64,000 nucleotides of DNA from Nitrospirota bacterium (GTDB lineage Bacteria > Nitrospirota > Thermodesulfovibrionia > Thermodesulfovibrionales > JdFR-86): NCBI GenBank assembly GCA_963721805.1, contig CAVRJY010000001.1, positions 1,248,001-1,312,000 on the forward strand. The letters are read 5' to 3'. Shown here piece by piece: positions 1-9,039 of the stretch. The notes under the pieces are model-generated. The model was given only the letters and a program-made list of their open reading frames with translations, made no database searches and was not told the origin of the DNA. Position 1 is the first letter of the stretch. Each line of letters starts with the position of its first letter. Position numbers and translations under genes: made by a program.

Positions 1-185
1 GGCACTATGCCGCTGTCAACAAACATGTGACGGGCACGGGTGTGGTAACCAATCTCATCGGTATTGGCACTGAATGGCAATCCGATACGATGCTGCTTGA
101 TGTCCAGTTCAAAGGCGACACGGTCGAGGAGTACCAGATGGAGACGTCAAGCAGGACGCAGATGCATCAATCCCTGGCGCGATAA
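1..185 (+). CDS. 3' end of a hypothetical protein, truncated by the window edge (...HYAAVNKHVTGTGVVTNLIGIGTEWQSDTMLLDVQFKGDTVEEYQMETSSRTQMHQSLAR*)
   Basis: Open frame from position 3 to TAA at 183-185, followed by a terminator-like hairpin. Confidence 0.55.
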   Translation, partial: HYAAVNKHVTGTGVVTNLIGIGTEWQSDTMLLDVQFKGDTVEEYQMETSSRTQMHQSLAR

Positions 186-210
186 ATCGTTAATAAGGCG
201 TGAAGATAAG

Positions 211-240
211 ATCGGGGGCCTTCGGGCCTCCGATTTCTTT
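211..240 (+). terminator. Rho-independent terminator
   Basis: ATCGGGGGCC-TTCG-GGCCTCCGAT hairpin followed by TTCTTT. Confidence 0.75.
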
Positions 241-526
241 GTAATGAATTAATGGCCAAGCACATGAGGGCATGCAACAGCCAGCTTGCCGTTCTGTGCC
301 GCATCAGGCAAGCCCGCCGAGCGAACCGAAGTATTTATCGGGGAATGGATTACCCGCAATCAGATGTTTGAGGACATGGAAGCCCGAGTTGATTGTGGGT
401 CGATAAATACTAGGGAAAGCGAGCGCTTTTTGGCGCAGCCGGAGCGGCGAGTTTTTATCCAACTTTTGGAAATGTTGGTCGGGTGTGGGAGCGCGCAGCT
501 CCCACAATAAAATAAGCCAGATTAGT

Positions 527-766
527 CTATTCCCGTGGAAGCCATCCTTTTTCATTTCGTTTTGGTATTGTGATCCCATTAGCTCTTAGATGAGCAGTGA
601 CTTTGCCTTCATAATGAGGGGCCCAGCCGTCCCAATTGCTGTCATAGCAGCTTTTACATACTGTAAGGTTATAGGTTGAAATATGTTTTCCGTTATATGC
701 ATGAGGACCGAACTGGAATTCACGACCGCATATCTGACAACGTACCGTATTAGGTGAGTTATCCAT
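527..766 (-). CDS. Small AT-rich hypothetical protein with two CxxC pairs (possible zinc ribbon)
   Basis: 79 aa with CQIC...CKSC; AGGAG-like RBS upstream; lower GC than groEL. Confidence 0.6.
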   Translation of the reverse strand: MDNSPNTVRCQICGREFQFGPHAYNGKHISTYNLTVCKSCYDSNWDGWAPHYEGKVTAHLRANGITIPKRNEKGWLPRE

Positions 767-837
767 TGGATGTACTCCTATGATGAATAGTTACAGTTAA
801 AGTTGGTTAACATACACTATATAACCTATTTTATTTG

Positions 838-869
838 AAAACCGGGGGGCGCAAGTCGCGCCCCCCGGT
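838..869 (-). terminator. groEL terminator
   Basis: ACCGGGGGGCGC/GCGCCCCCCGGT inverted repeat with T-run on the minus strand just past the groEL stop. Confidence 0.8.
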
Positions 870-888
870 GAGTAATTTAGCCAAAATT

Positions 889-2526
889 TTAGTACATCCC
901 GCCCATGCCGCCGCCACCCATCGGGGGCATCTGCATCTTGCCGCCTTCTTCCGGAATGTCGGAGATCATGACCGAGGTCGTGAGCATCAGCGAACTGACG
1001 GACGCCGCGTTCTGAAGTGCGCAGCGCGTGACCTTCGTCGGGTCGATGATCCCGGCCTTTATCATGTCCACGTACTCGTCCGCCTGGGCGTCGAAGCCGT
1101 AGTTCACGGTCTTGTTGGCCAGGACCTTCTCGAGCACAACGGAGCCCTCGAGCCCGGCGTTGTTGACGATCTGCCTGATCGGCTCGGTGATGGCCTCCTT
1201 GACGATGTTGACGCCAAGCTGCTCGTCGTGGTTGAGGCTCTTGACGCCGTCGAGCGACTTCATGCACCTAAGCAGCGCAACGCCGCCTCCGGGCACGATG
1301 CCTTCCTCGACCGCCGCGCGGGTTGCGTGCAGGGCGTCCTCGACGCGGGCCTTCTTCTCTTTCATCTCGGTCTCGGTCGCGGCGCCTACGTTGATGACCG
1401 CAACGCCTCCGACGAGCTTCGCGAGCCTCTCCTGGAGCTTCTCGCGGTCATAGTCCGAGGTGGTCTCGTCGATCTGGGTCTTGATCTGCTTGACGCGGCC
1501 CTGGATCTTGGCCGGCTCTCCCGCGCCCTCGACGATGGTGGTGTTCTCCTTGTCGATGTTGATCTTCTTGGCGCGGCCGAGGTCCTTGATCGTGATGCTC
1601 TCAAGCTTGATGCCGATGTCCTCGGTGATCATCTGGCCGCCGGTGAGGATCGCGATGTCCTCGAGCATGGCCTTCCTGCGGTCGCCGAAGCCGGGGGCCT
1701 TTACGGCCGCGACCTGCAGCGTGCCGCGCAGCTTATTGACCACCAAGGTGGCGAGGGCCTCGCCCTCGACGTCTTCGGATATGATCAGCAGCGGGCGGCC
1801 CATCTTAGCGATCTGTTCAAGGATCGGGAGGAGGTCCTTCATCGCGGAGATCTTCTTTTCGTTGATGAGGATGAAGGCGTCTTCGAGCACGCACTCCATG
1901 CGGTCGGGGTCCGTTACGAAGTAGGGTGAGAGGTATCCGCGGTCGAACTGCATGCCCTCGACTATGTCGAGCGAGGTGGCCATGCTCTTGGCCTCCTCGA
2001 CGGTGATGACGCCGTCCTTGCCGACCTTGTCCATCGCATCGGCGATCAGCTCGCCGATCGAGTGGTCGTTGTTGGCCGAGATCGTGCCTACCTGTGCGAT
2101 CTCCTTCTTGTCAGCGACGGACTTGCTCATCTTCTTGAGCTCCTCGACTATCACGACCACGGCCTTCTCGATGCCGCGCTTGAGGTCCATCGGGTTCGCG
2201 CCGGCGACTACGTTCTTCATGCCGGCCTTGTAGATTGCGTACGCGATGACAGTGGCGGTCGTGGTGCCGTCACCGGCCACGTCGGAGGTCTTCGAGGCGA
2301 CCTCGCGCACGAGCTGCGCGCCCATGTTCTCCCACGGGTCCTTGAGCTCGATCTCCTTGGCCACGGTCACGCCGTCCTTGGTTATCGTCGGCGCGCCGAA
2401 CTTCTTCTCTATGATAGCGTTGCGGCCCTTGGGGCCGAGTGTGGCCTTTACCGCGTCGCTGAGCTGCTTTACGCCCTGAAACATGGCCGAACGGGCGGCC
2501 TCGTCAAACAGAAGCTGTTTTGCCAT
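889..2526 (-). CDS. groL: Chaperonin GroEL
   Basis: [29 protein letters not shown] motifs and GGM tail. Confidence 0.99.
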   Translation of the reverse strand: MAKQLLFDEAARSAMFQGVKQLSDAVKATLGPKGRNAIIEKKFGAPTITKDGVTVAKEIELKDPWENMGAQLVREVASKTSDVAGDGTTTATVIAYAIYKAGMKNVVAGANPMDLKRGIEKAVVVIVEELKKMSKSVADKKEIAQVGTISANNDHSIGELIADAMDKVGKDGVITVEEAKSMATSLDIVEGMQFDRGYLSPYFVTDPDRMECVLEDAFILINEKKISAMKDLLPILEQIAKMGRPLLIISEDVEGEALATLVVNKLRGTLQVAAVKAPGFGDRRKAMLEDIAILTGGQMITEDIGIKLESITIKDLGRAKKINIDKENTTIVEGAGEPAKIQGRVKQIKTQIDETTSDYDREKLQERLAKLVGGVAVINVGAATETEMKEKKARVEDALHATRAAVEEGIVPGGGVALLRCMKSLDGVKSLNHDEQLGVNIVKEAITEPIRQIVNNAGLEGSVVLEKVLANKTVNYGFDAQADEYVDMIKAGIIDPTKVTRCALQNAASVSSLMLTTSVMISDIPEEGGKMQMPPMGGGGMGGMY

Positions 2527-2544
2527 TTCTGTGGTATCTCCTTG

Positions 2545-2811
2545 TTAATTCTGGATTATGCCGAGGAGGTCTTCCTCTTTTACGATGAGGTGGTCTTTGT
2601 CGTCGATCTTGATCTTCGAGCCCGAGTACCTGTCAAACAGGACGATATCGCCGACCTTGACCTCTTTGACGTCCGAGCCGACGGCCTCGACCTTGCCCTG
2701 CTGCGGCTTTTCCTTGTTTGCGGTGTCCGGGACGTACAGTCCCCCTGCGGTCTTCTCCGGCTCTTCCGCGAAGCTGACCCACACCCTGTCTTTAAGCGGC
2801 TTGATTTTCAT
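2545..2811 (-). CDS. groS: Co-chaperonin GroES
   Basis: IKPLKDRV...[22 protein letters not shown]; directly upstream of groL. Confidence 0.98.
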   Translation of the reverse strand: MKIKPLKDRVWVSFAEEPEKTAGGLYVPDTANKEKPQQGKVEAVGSDVKEVKVGDIVLFDRYSGSKIKIDDKDHLIVKEEDLLGIIQN

Positions 2812-2847
2812 CAGTTGAGTCTCCTTTCGTTATGGTTCTGGGAGTTG

Positions 2848-2874
2848 TTAGCACTCCATCCAAGTGAGTGCTAA
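2848..2874. promoter_or_regulatory. CIRCE element (HrcA operator)
   Basis: Exact TTAGCACTC-N9-GAGTGCTAA upstream of groS. Confidence 0.97.
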
Positions 2875-2903
2875 GTGTACATCGTTTGGTTCCCCAGAGG
2901 CAA
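2874..2903 (-). promoter_or_regulatory. Sigma70-type promoter of groSL
   Basis: TTGCCT-18 nt-TACACT on the minus strand abutting the CIRCE. Confidence 0.6.
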
Positions 2904-3899
2904 GCGGCGTGAAAATCCGATGGATAGCCGGAATTGTAGAATAGTCATAAATAACTCCTTAAAGCTCTCATTTATGGAGATTTGCGCCGAATTGCGCTGG
3001 ACATAATCCAGCTTACGTGAAAGCGCGATAGCTTTCATGAAAGCGCTCCAAATCGCTTGATACGTCGTTGGGCATCGAAGACTCGCCCTCTATGTACGCC
3101 CAAGTACACCATCGGGGTGCCACGGGCACCTCTTTCCAAGGAGAGGGGCCAACTGGCCCCCTTGTCTGAAGCCGATTTGGGCGCGCTTTCGGGGGGCACT
3201 GCAACGGAAGCCCCCCGCGCCCCGAAGGTCAAAGGCATGATAAGAAAAAGCATGTCCGGATGCTCGCGCTTAGGTATAGTTACGCATTCCGCGCGCGCAC
3301 GCGCGCGTTTTTGCCGATTTTGTTCGGATGTTGGGCGTAAAAAAGGGGCTAACCATGCGGATAATATCATTTTCCTGATCGGGTCTTGTTCGGATGTTCG
3401 GATGTTTTTGGCCGAAAATAGGTCGATGTTCGAATCCCAATTGTGCTTGGTACTCCCGACCTCCGGGTTCATTGATTTTGTCTCTATATACATCATGCCA
3501 TATTGAAGCACAACGAAATGAAAAAAGCGATAACCTACGGTTTATATATAAACCAAAGGTTATAGGAAAAATTGATCCCCGTGCGTTTTCTACTAACTTC
3601 CGACTAACTATAGTTAGTGATAAGTCGATTGCATTCGTTAAGGTTTGTGGGAGTTTTTGATTGTTTCTGTATGTCTCTACATGATAATATATATACGTGT
3701 AAATTCTTTTATATTGGGGAGCGATCATGAACCATACAATAATGCTGCCTAGCAACTTTGGGACGAAAAAGTATGGTTTCTTTGATTTCAATGACTTACT
3801 CGCAATATTCGATTGGACAATTAAAAATGCGAATGTTGTGATAAGTTTCGAGGAAAATAATAGAGGGAACTTTCAGGCTTTAACGAAAACCATGCCAGT

Positions 3900-3923
3900 A
3901 TGCCCCGTGGCTTGCCACGGGGA
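3900..3923 (+). repeat. Left-end subterminal hairpin of the IS
   Basis: ATGCCCCGTGGCTTGCCACGGGGA; identical copy at 4450..4473. Confidence 0.95.
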
Positions 3924-4006
3924 TGAATGGCATCCCTGCCGGGGGGATGTAAGGGGGGCTGGAAGTCCCCCTTTCCCGCCGAGGCAATTGCGGGCTATCA
4001 TGAGGC

Positions 4007-4438
4007 ATGGGGTTACGCAGGACGAGTCACGCTGTATATGACACCGGGTACCATCTGGTATGGTGTCCTAAGTATCGCAAGAGACTGTTCGCGCAAAGTT
4101 ACATGCGCGAGCGGTGCGCGGAACTTTTCAGGGAGATAGCTGAAGAGTATGAATATGAGATAGTGGAGATGGAAGTGGCGGAGGACCATGTGCATATATT
4201 TCTATCGTTCCCGCCACGGTACTCGATAGGGGTGGTGGTCAGAACCCTGAAAAGTATCAGCGCCCGTGAGCTGTTCAAGCAATACCCATCGCTGAGGCAA
4301 AGACTATGGAAGGGTGAGCTGTGGGAGGATGGGTACTTTGCGCGGACAGTCGGGGACAGCTTGACCTCGGAAATGATCCGCAAATACATACGCGGCCACA
4401 GAGCAGAGAAGCAATTGCCTGCGCAGCTGGACTTATAG
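4007..4438 (+). CDS. tnpA: IS200/IS605 family Y1 (HUH) transposase
   Basis: YHLVWCPKYRK, DHVHI (HUH), LWEDGYFARTVG, IRKYIRGH catalytic Tyr helix. Confidence 0.97.
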   Translation: MGLRRTSHAVYDTGYHLVWCPKYRKRLFAQSYMRERCAELFREIAEEYEYEIVEMEVAEDHVHIFLSFPPRYSIGVVVRTLKSISARELFKQYPSLRQRLWKGELWEDGYFARTVGDSLTSEMIRKYIRGHRAEKQLPAQLDL

Positions 4439-4449
4439 CTGCGCCACGG

Positions 4450-4473
4450 ATGCCCCGTGGCTTGCCACGGGGA
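4450..4473 (+). repeat. Right-end subterminal hairpin of the IS
   Basis: 24-bp exact copy of 3900..3923, followed by GCTTCAC end. Confidence 0.95.
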
Positions 4474-5801
4474 GCTTCACTTTATTAATACTTTACATAT
4501 GGTATTTAAGGATTAATAATTGCAAAATTACAATTAAATTTAGGAAGGGAAGTTCACTAGTTAGACGTCTTGGGGCAACGGGGTCCTGGGAGAAAATGAG
4601 GGCAGAGTCGTGGCAAGATGTATTGGAAAATACTATTGAGAATTTTCCTGACAGTATGTATAAACCTTTGATTGCAGTTAGGAATAAACTTGATTTCGAA
4701 AAGACGTTAGAAAAATTGCAATCTTATACTTCAGGGTTTAATATTGAATATGAAAAAACTCTTAGGCACATTATAGCAGAGTTGCTATACAATACTATGG
4801 AACATGGTAAGGCTATAAATCTAAGCCTAAACATACCATCCTTAATCCAATTTACATGGTATCAGAGAGTTAATGAACTTCATTTTATAATTGCCGACCT
4901 AGGTGTTGGCATTAAGAGACATCTTGAACAAGCATATCTTCCGTTCCATGACGATAAAAGTGCTATTTTGGAATCTTTAAGGCCGAATGTATCTGGCACC
5001 TTTGGCATATTAGACCCATATAAAAGTAAAGACAATGCTGGTTATGGATTATTTCTTTCGAGTAATATAATAAGAAGATTAAATGCCGACATGAATATTG
5101 TTTCCGGTAATGGTCATGTGCATATTTCACCGAAGGATACTACAGCTCATCAATTGGATTATTATTGGCCTGGTACATTTGTTCTGGTTAATATAAGTTT
5201 AAGCAATAACGAAGCGATTAGTTTGCAAAAGCTATTATCAGAGTTTAGACAGTCAGCTGAACTCGAATTAAGTGATGCTGAGCTAACAGAGTCTGATAAG
5301 TATCACTACTTGAGTGTTTTCAATTTTTTCGGCAAATATGCTGAAGATAAAGAGTCAGCTATAAAATACCGCGATAATTATATTACTCCTTCACTTAATC
5401 AGGGAAAATCATTACATATTGACTTCAGTAATGTTCTTGCTGCTCCACATAGTTTTTTGAGTGCATTACTGGCGACTCCTATTCATAATCTTGGAATGTC
5501 TGCATACAAAAAAATTAAAATAACGAATGCTCCCCCAGATATCCGTGAAACAATTGATTACATTCTAAACGAAAATACTTAATGGCAACATGGGCCGGGG
5601 GCTTCTCAACTCCCCGAAAGCACGAGAACACCAATAATGCCGTTGACCGCTCGCACGCTTAGGTAATGGAAACTTAAGGTGCGATAAATTGCGTCAGACT
5701 AGGAACGGCGAGCAGACCGCCCGGAGGTGTATCGTGATATACATTGAGGACGAGGCTGCAAGCCGTGACAACGTATCACGCAACTTTAGCGCGCCTTGGA
5801 G

Positions 5802-7223
5802 CTATCCCCCGAAACCCGTTACAGCCGCCTTCGCCAGGTCGAATAACCTGCTTGGAAGTATGCCGATCAAGAGCACTCCGGCGGTCGCTAGGCCGATGGC
5901 TACCGAAAGCCCTGATGAGGGGGCGAGTTCCACGGTCTCCTTGGGTTCGTTCATGTACATGAGCATCACTATGCGGAGGTAGAAGAAGGCCGAGATCGCG
6001 CTGAAGACGACCGCCACCAGAACCAACGGGGTATACCCGGCGTTTACGGCGGCCATGAAGATATAGAACTTGCCCATGAACCCGGCAGTTGGCGGTATTC
6101 CGGTTAATGAAAACATGAATATCAGCATCAGCGCTGCCGAGACCGGGTGGGTCTTGGACAGGCCCTGGAAGTCGTAGATGCTCTCGCCCTTGACCCCATC
6201 GCGTCCAAGCAGGATCACCAGCGCGAACGCCCCTATGTTCATAAACGCATAGGCCATCATGTAAAACAGCACCGCGCTCATACCCTCGGCGGTCGCGGCC
6301 ACGACGCCCACGAGGGCGTACCCGGCGTGCGCTATAGAGGAGTACGCGAGCATGCGCTTGATGTTCGTCTGCGAGAGCGCGATCACGTTTCCCACCGCCA
6401 TCGTGGCTATGCACAGCGGGACGAGTATCGCGGCCCACTCGACCTTCATCGAGGCAAACGCGATCATCAGCACCCGGCCCATGACCGCGAAACCGGCGGC
6501 CTTCGGCCCCACGGACATGAAAGCGGTGATCGAGGTGGGCGCGCCTTCGTATACGTCAGGGGCCCACATATGAAACGGCACCGCTGCCACCTTGAAGCAG
6601 AACGCCGAGACGAGCATCCCGAGCCCCAGCAGCAGCATCGGGCTTTCGGCCCCGCGATGGAAGGCGAGGTACGTGGCTATGCCCCTGATGTCAGTCGTAC
6701 CGGTATAGCCGTAGCTTAGCGATATCCCGTAGAGAAGTATCGCGGAGGCGAACGCGCCAAGGAGGAAGTATTTGAGCGCGGCCTCATTCGAACGCTTCTG
6801 CCAGCGGATGAACCCCGCGAGCACGTATGTCGAGAGGGCCATGAGTTCGAGCCCCAGATAGAGCACTATCAGGTCCCCTGCCGAGGCCATGACCATCATC
6901 CCGAGCGTCGAAAACAGCAGGAGGCTGTAGTATTCGCCGAAGTTGGACTTCACGATCTCTATAAACCGCACCGATATCATCGTGCTCAGTATCAGGCTTA
7001 CGAGGAACGTGACCTTGAAGAATATCGCGTAGCCGTCGTTTACGACCATCCCGTTAAACGCGGTGCCCATCGAGCCCTGGAGCGAGAACATCACCGCCGC
7101 TGCCGCGATCACCCCGGCTGCCGCGATTATGTCCTTGCGGTGGACGAAGAGCTCCATCATCAGCAGCGCGCAGGCCGCGCAGGCCATGATAATCTCGGGG
7201 ACGACCGCCGTCAGGTCTGGCAT
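5802..7223 (-). CDS. nuoN: NADH-quinone oxidoreductase subunit N (stand-alone)
   Basis: Polytopic membrane protein; EAALKYFLLG, FKVAAVPFHMWAPDVYEGAP, KRMLAYSSIAHAGY. Confidence 0.95.
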   Translation of the reverse strand: MPDLTAVVPEIIMACAACALLMMELFVHRKDIIAAAGVIAAAAVMFSLQGSMGTAFNGMVVNDGYAIFFKVTFLVSLILSTMISVRFIEIVKSNFGEYYSLLLFSTLGMMVMASAGDLIVLYLGLELMALSTYVLAGFIRWQKRSNEAALKYFLLGAFASAILLYGISLSYGYTGTTDIRGIATYLAFHRGAESPMLLLGLGMLVSAFCFKVAAVPFHMWAPDVYEGAPTSITAFMSVGPKAAGFAVMGRVLMIAFASMKVEWAAILVPLCIATMAVGNVIALSQTNIKRMLAYSSIAHAGYALVGVVAATAEGMSAVLFYMMAYAFMNIGAFALVILLGRDGVKGESIYDFQGLSKTHPVSAALMLIFMFSLTGIPPTAGFMGKFYIFMAAVNAGYTPLVLVAVVFSAISAFFYLRIVMLMYMNEPKETVELAPSSGLSVAIGLATAGVLLIGILPSRLFDLAKAAVTGFGG

Positions 7224-7264
7224 GGTTATAATGCTCCTTTATAGCTATATATGAAAGCTTTGTA

Positions 7265-7293
7265 AGTATAACTTGACAGGGGGGCAAAAGCAA
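7265..7293 (-). promoter_or_regulatory. Sigma70-type promoter upstream of nuoN
   Basis: TTGCTT-17 nt-TATACT on the minus strand; AAGGAG RBS downstream. Confidence 0.6.
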
Positions 7294-7316
7294 GAGAAAA
7301 GCGGCCAGCCGCTCTC

Positions 7317-8051
7317 TTATAGCGAGTTGATCCTGTGGGCGAGGCAGCCCGCGCCGAAACCGTTGTCAATATTGACGACCGCTATGCCGGGCACGCATGA
7401 GTTCAGCATCGCAAACAGCGCGGTCAGCCCGCCCAAGCTCGTGCCATATCCGACCGAGGTCGGCACCGCTACAATGGGGCAGGCCGCGATCCCGCCGACC
7501 ACCGAGGGCAGGGCGCCCTCCATCCCGGCGACTACCACGATCACCCGCGCGCTCGCTAGCTCGCCGCGCTGGTCAAGCAGCCTGTGGATGCCTGCCACGC
7601 CCACGTCGTACAGCGTGGCCGCCTCGCTTCCCAGAAATTGCGCCGTAAGCGCGGCCTCTTCGGCCACCGGGATGTCCGAGGTCCCTGCGGTGAGCACGAG
7701 CACCTTGCCCTTGCGCTCCTTCGCTCCACCGGCAACGATCAGGCCGCTTGAGGGGTGGAACTTCGCGCCGCGGATGCGGAGCTTCTTTCGGATGGCGTCC
7801 GTGGCGCGCGTGATCAGGAGGCTTCCGCTTTTATCGTATATCGCGCGTCCGATCTTTACGACGTCCTCGGGCTTCTTGCCTGCTGCGAAGACGACCTCCG
7901 GTATGCCCTGCCTGATATGGCGGTGGTGGTCGATCCGCGCGCACTCGATGTCTTCATATGGCAGGTCGCGGAGCTTTCCTATCGCGGCCTCGACCGGGAG
8001 CCTGCCGCTTTGCACGTCGGCCAGCAGCGCGGCCAGCCGCCTGCTATCCAT
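7317..8051 (-). CDS. larB: Nickel-pincer cofactor biosynthesis protein LarB (AIR carboxylase-like)
   Basis: AGTSDIPVAEEA, DVGVAGIHRL, AGMEGALPS, PTSVGYG, VNIDNGFGA. Confidence 0.92.
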   Translation of the reverse strand: MDSRRLAALLADVQSGRLPVEAAIGKLRDLPYEDIECARIDHHRHIRQGIPEVVFAAGKKPEDVVKIGRAIYDKSGSLLITRATDAIRKKLRIRGAKFHPSSGLIVAGGAKERKGKVLVLTAGTSDIPVAEEAALTAQFLGSEAATLYDVGVAGIHRLLDQRGELASARVIVVVAGMEGALPSVVGGIAACPIVAVPTSVGYGTSLGGLTALFAMLNSCVPGIAVVNIDNGFGAGCLAHRINSL

Positions 8052-9039
8052 AGAACTCGTTCTTGAGCGAGCGGGCCATGAGCGACTCTACCGCCTCGCG
8101 CACGTCGAGCCCGCCGTAGATGATCCCGTAGACCTGCTCGATGATCGGCATCTCGACGTTAAGCGAGGCCGCGATCTCGTGCGCGGCCTTCGCGGTCGGC
8201 ACGCCCTCCGCAACGCTCCGGGTCGAGGCCTTGATCTCTTCGATCTTCATCCCCTGACCGAGCTTCATGCCGGTGGTGAAATTGCGCGAGGTCTGAGAGC
8301 TGCAAGTAAGCACCAGGTCCCCGATACCGCTCAGGCCCGAGAACGTCCGTTCCTTGGCGCCCATCACCAACCCGAGCCGCGTCATCTCGGCCAGGCCCCG
8401 CGTGATCAGCGCCGCGCGCGCGTCCTGCCCGAGCTTGAGCCCTTCGGTGATACCGGCAGCTATCGCTATCACGTTCTTGATCGCGCCGCCCAGCTCCGCG
8501 CCGATCAGGTCGCCGTGCGTGTAGACGCGGAAGTACTTCGTGTTGAATATCTCCTGAAGGATGAGCCCCGCGTCATACGTCTCGGTCGCGAGCGATACCG
8601 CGGTCGGCAGCCTGTCGATTACCTCGCTTGCGAAGCTCGGGCCGGAAAGCACGGCCGGAGAGCAGGGCGTGACCTCGCGGACGATCTGAGAGACGGTCAT
8701 ATGCGTGCCGATCTCGATGCCCTTCGATGCGGTGACGATGACCGTCTCGGTCGAGAGGTATGGGGCTGCCGCTTTCAGCACAGAGCGCGTATACTGCGCC
8801 GGGACTACGTTTACGATATAGCGCGCCTTTGAGACGACAGAGTCGAGGTCGGTCGACGCCTTGAGCGTGCGCGGCAGCTCGTGGCCGGGAAGGAATACGC
8901 TGTTCGTGCCCTTCGTCTGGATCTCGTCTACGACCTCTTTTTCGTTCGCCCAGAGCTTGACGTCATAGCCCTTCTCGGCGAGCATGGCCGCGAGCGTAGT
9001 GCCCCATGCGCCGCCCCCGAGCACCGCGATATAGTTCAT
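8044..9039 (-). CDS. gpsA: NAD(P)H-dependent glycerol-3-phosphate dehydrogenase
   Basis: [38 protein letters not shown]. Confidence 0.97.
   Translation of the reverse strand: MNYIAVLGGGAWGTTLAAMLAEKGYDVKLWANEKEVVDEIQTKGTNSVFLPGHELPRTLKASTDLDSVVSKARYIVNVVPAQYTRSVLKAAAPYLSTETVIVTASKGIEIGTHMTVSQIVREVTPCSPAVLSGPSFASEVIDRLPTAVSLATETYDAGLILQEIFNTKYFRVYTHGDLIGAELGGAIKNVIAIAAGITEGLKLGQDARAALITRGLAEMTRLGLVMGAKERTFSGLSGIGDLVLTCSSQTSRNFTTGMKLGQGMKIEEIKASTRSVAEGVPTAKAAHEIAASLNVEMPIIEQVYGIIYGGLDVREAVESLMARSLKNEFYG

Larger units (their letters stand above)
3885..4480 (+). mobile_element. IS200/IS605-family insertion sequence (TnpA-only), 596 bp
   Basis: Identical subterminal hairpins at both ends, right end TTCAC, inserted 3' of TTAAC, no target duplication, encodes a Y1 transposase. 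Confidence 0.92.
3727..5582 (+). pseudogene. IS-interrupted gene; reconstructed 419-aa protein with STAS-like N-terminus, GHKL/HATPase domain and C-terminal STAS-like (DUF4325) domain
   Basis: Joining 3884 to 4481 gives ...GNFQAL-T-LLILYIWYLR...EKMRAESW in one frame. N-box ELLYNTMEHG, G1 ADLGVGI, G2-like NAGYGL, WPGT. C-terminal HIDFSNVLAAPHSFLSALL. AT-rich. Confidence 0.85.

Noticed and set aside
835..2874. Long plus-strand ORFs (364 aa, 270 aa) opposite groEL/groES, and similar antisense ORFs across the window (e.g. 7273..8832, 38318..39760, 55495..56637)
   Set aside because: Shadow ORFs caused by high-GC codon bias of real genes on the other strand; no motifs or RBS.
3035..3791. ORFs 3035..3511, 3057..3506 and 3270..3791 in the islet
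   Set aside because: Mutually overlapping, with no recognisable domains; they run through repeats and hairpins and are better explained as non-coding or decayed DNA.
3900..4473. 24-bp direct repeat as a CRISPR repeat or target-site duplication
   Set aside because: Only two copies, 550 bp apart, flanking a Y1 transposase; they are IS end hairpins.
4439..5582. Possibility that the ORF after tnpA is TnpB/IscB with an omega RNA
   Set aside because: The element ends at TCAC 4480. The downstream ORF has GHKL/STAS motifs, no RuvC or zinc finger, and belongs to the interrupted host gene.
5590..5800. Possible riboswitch or small RNA between the islet gene and nuoN
   Set aside because: No recognisable riboswitch consensus by eye, and it lies between convergent 3' ends.
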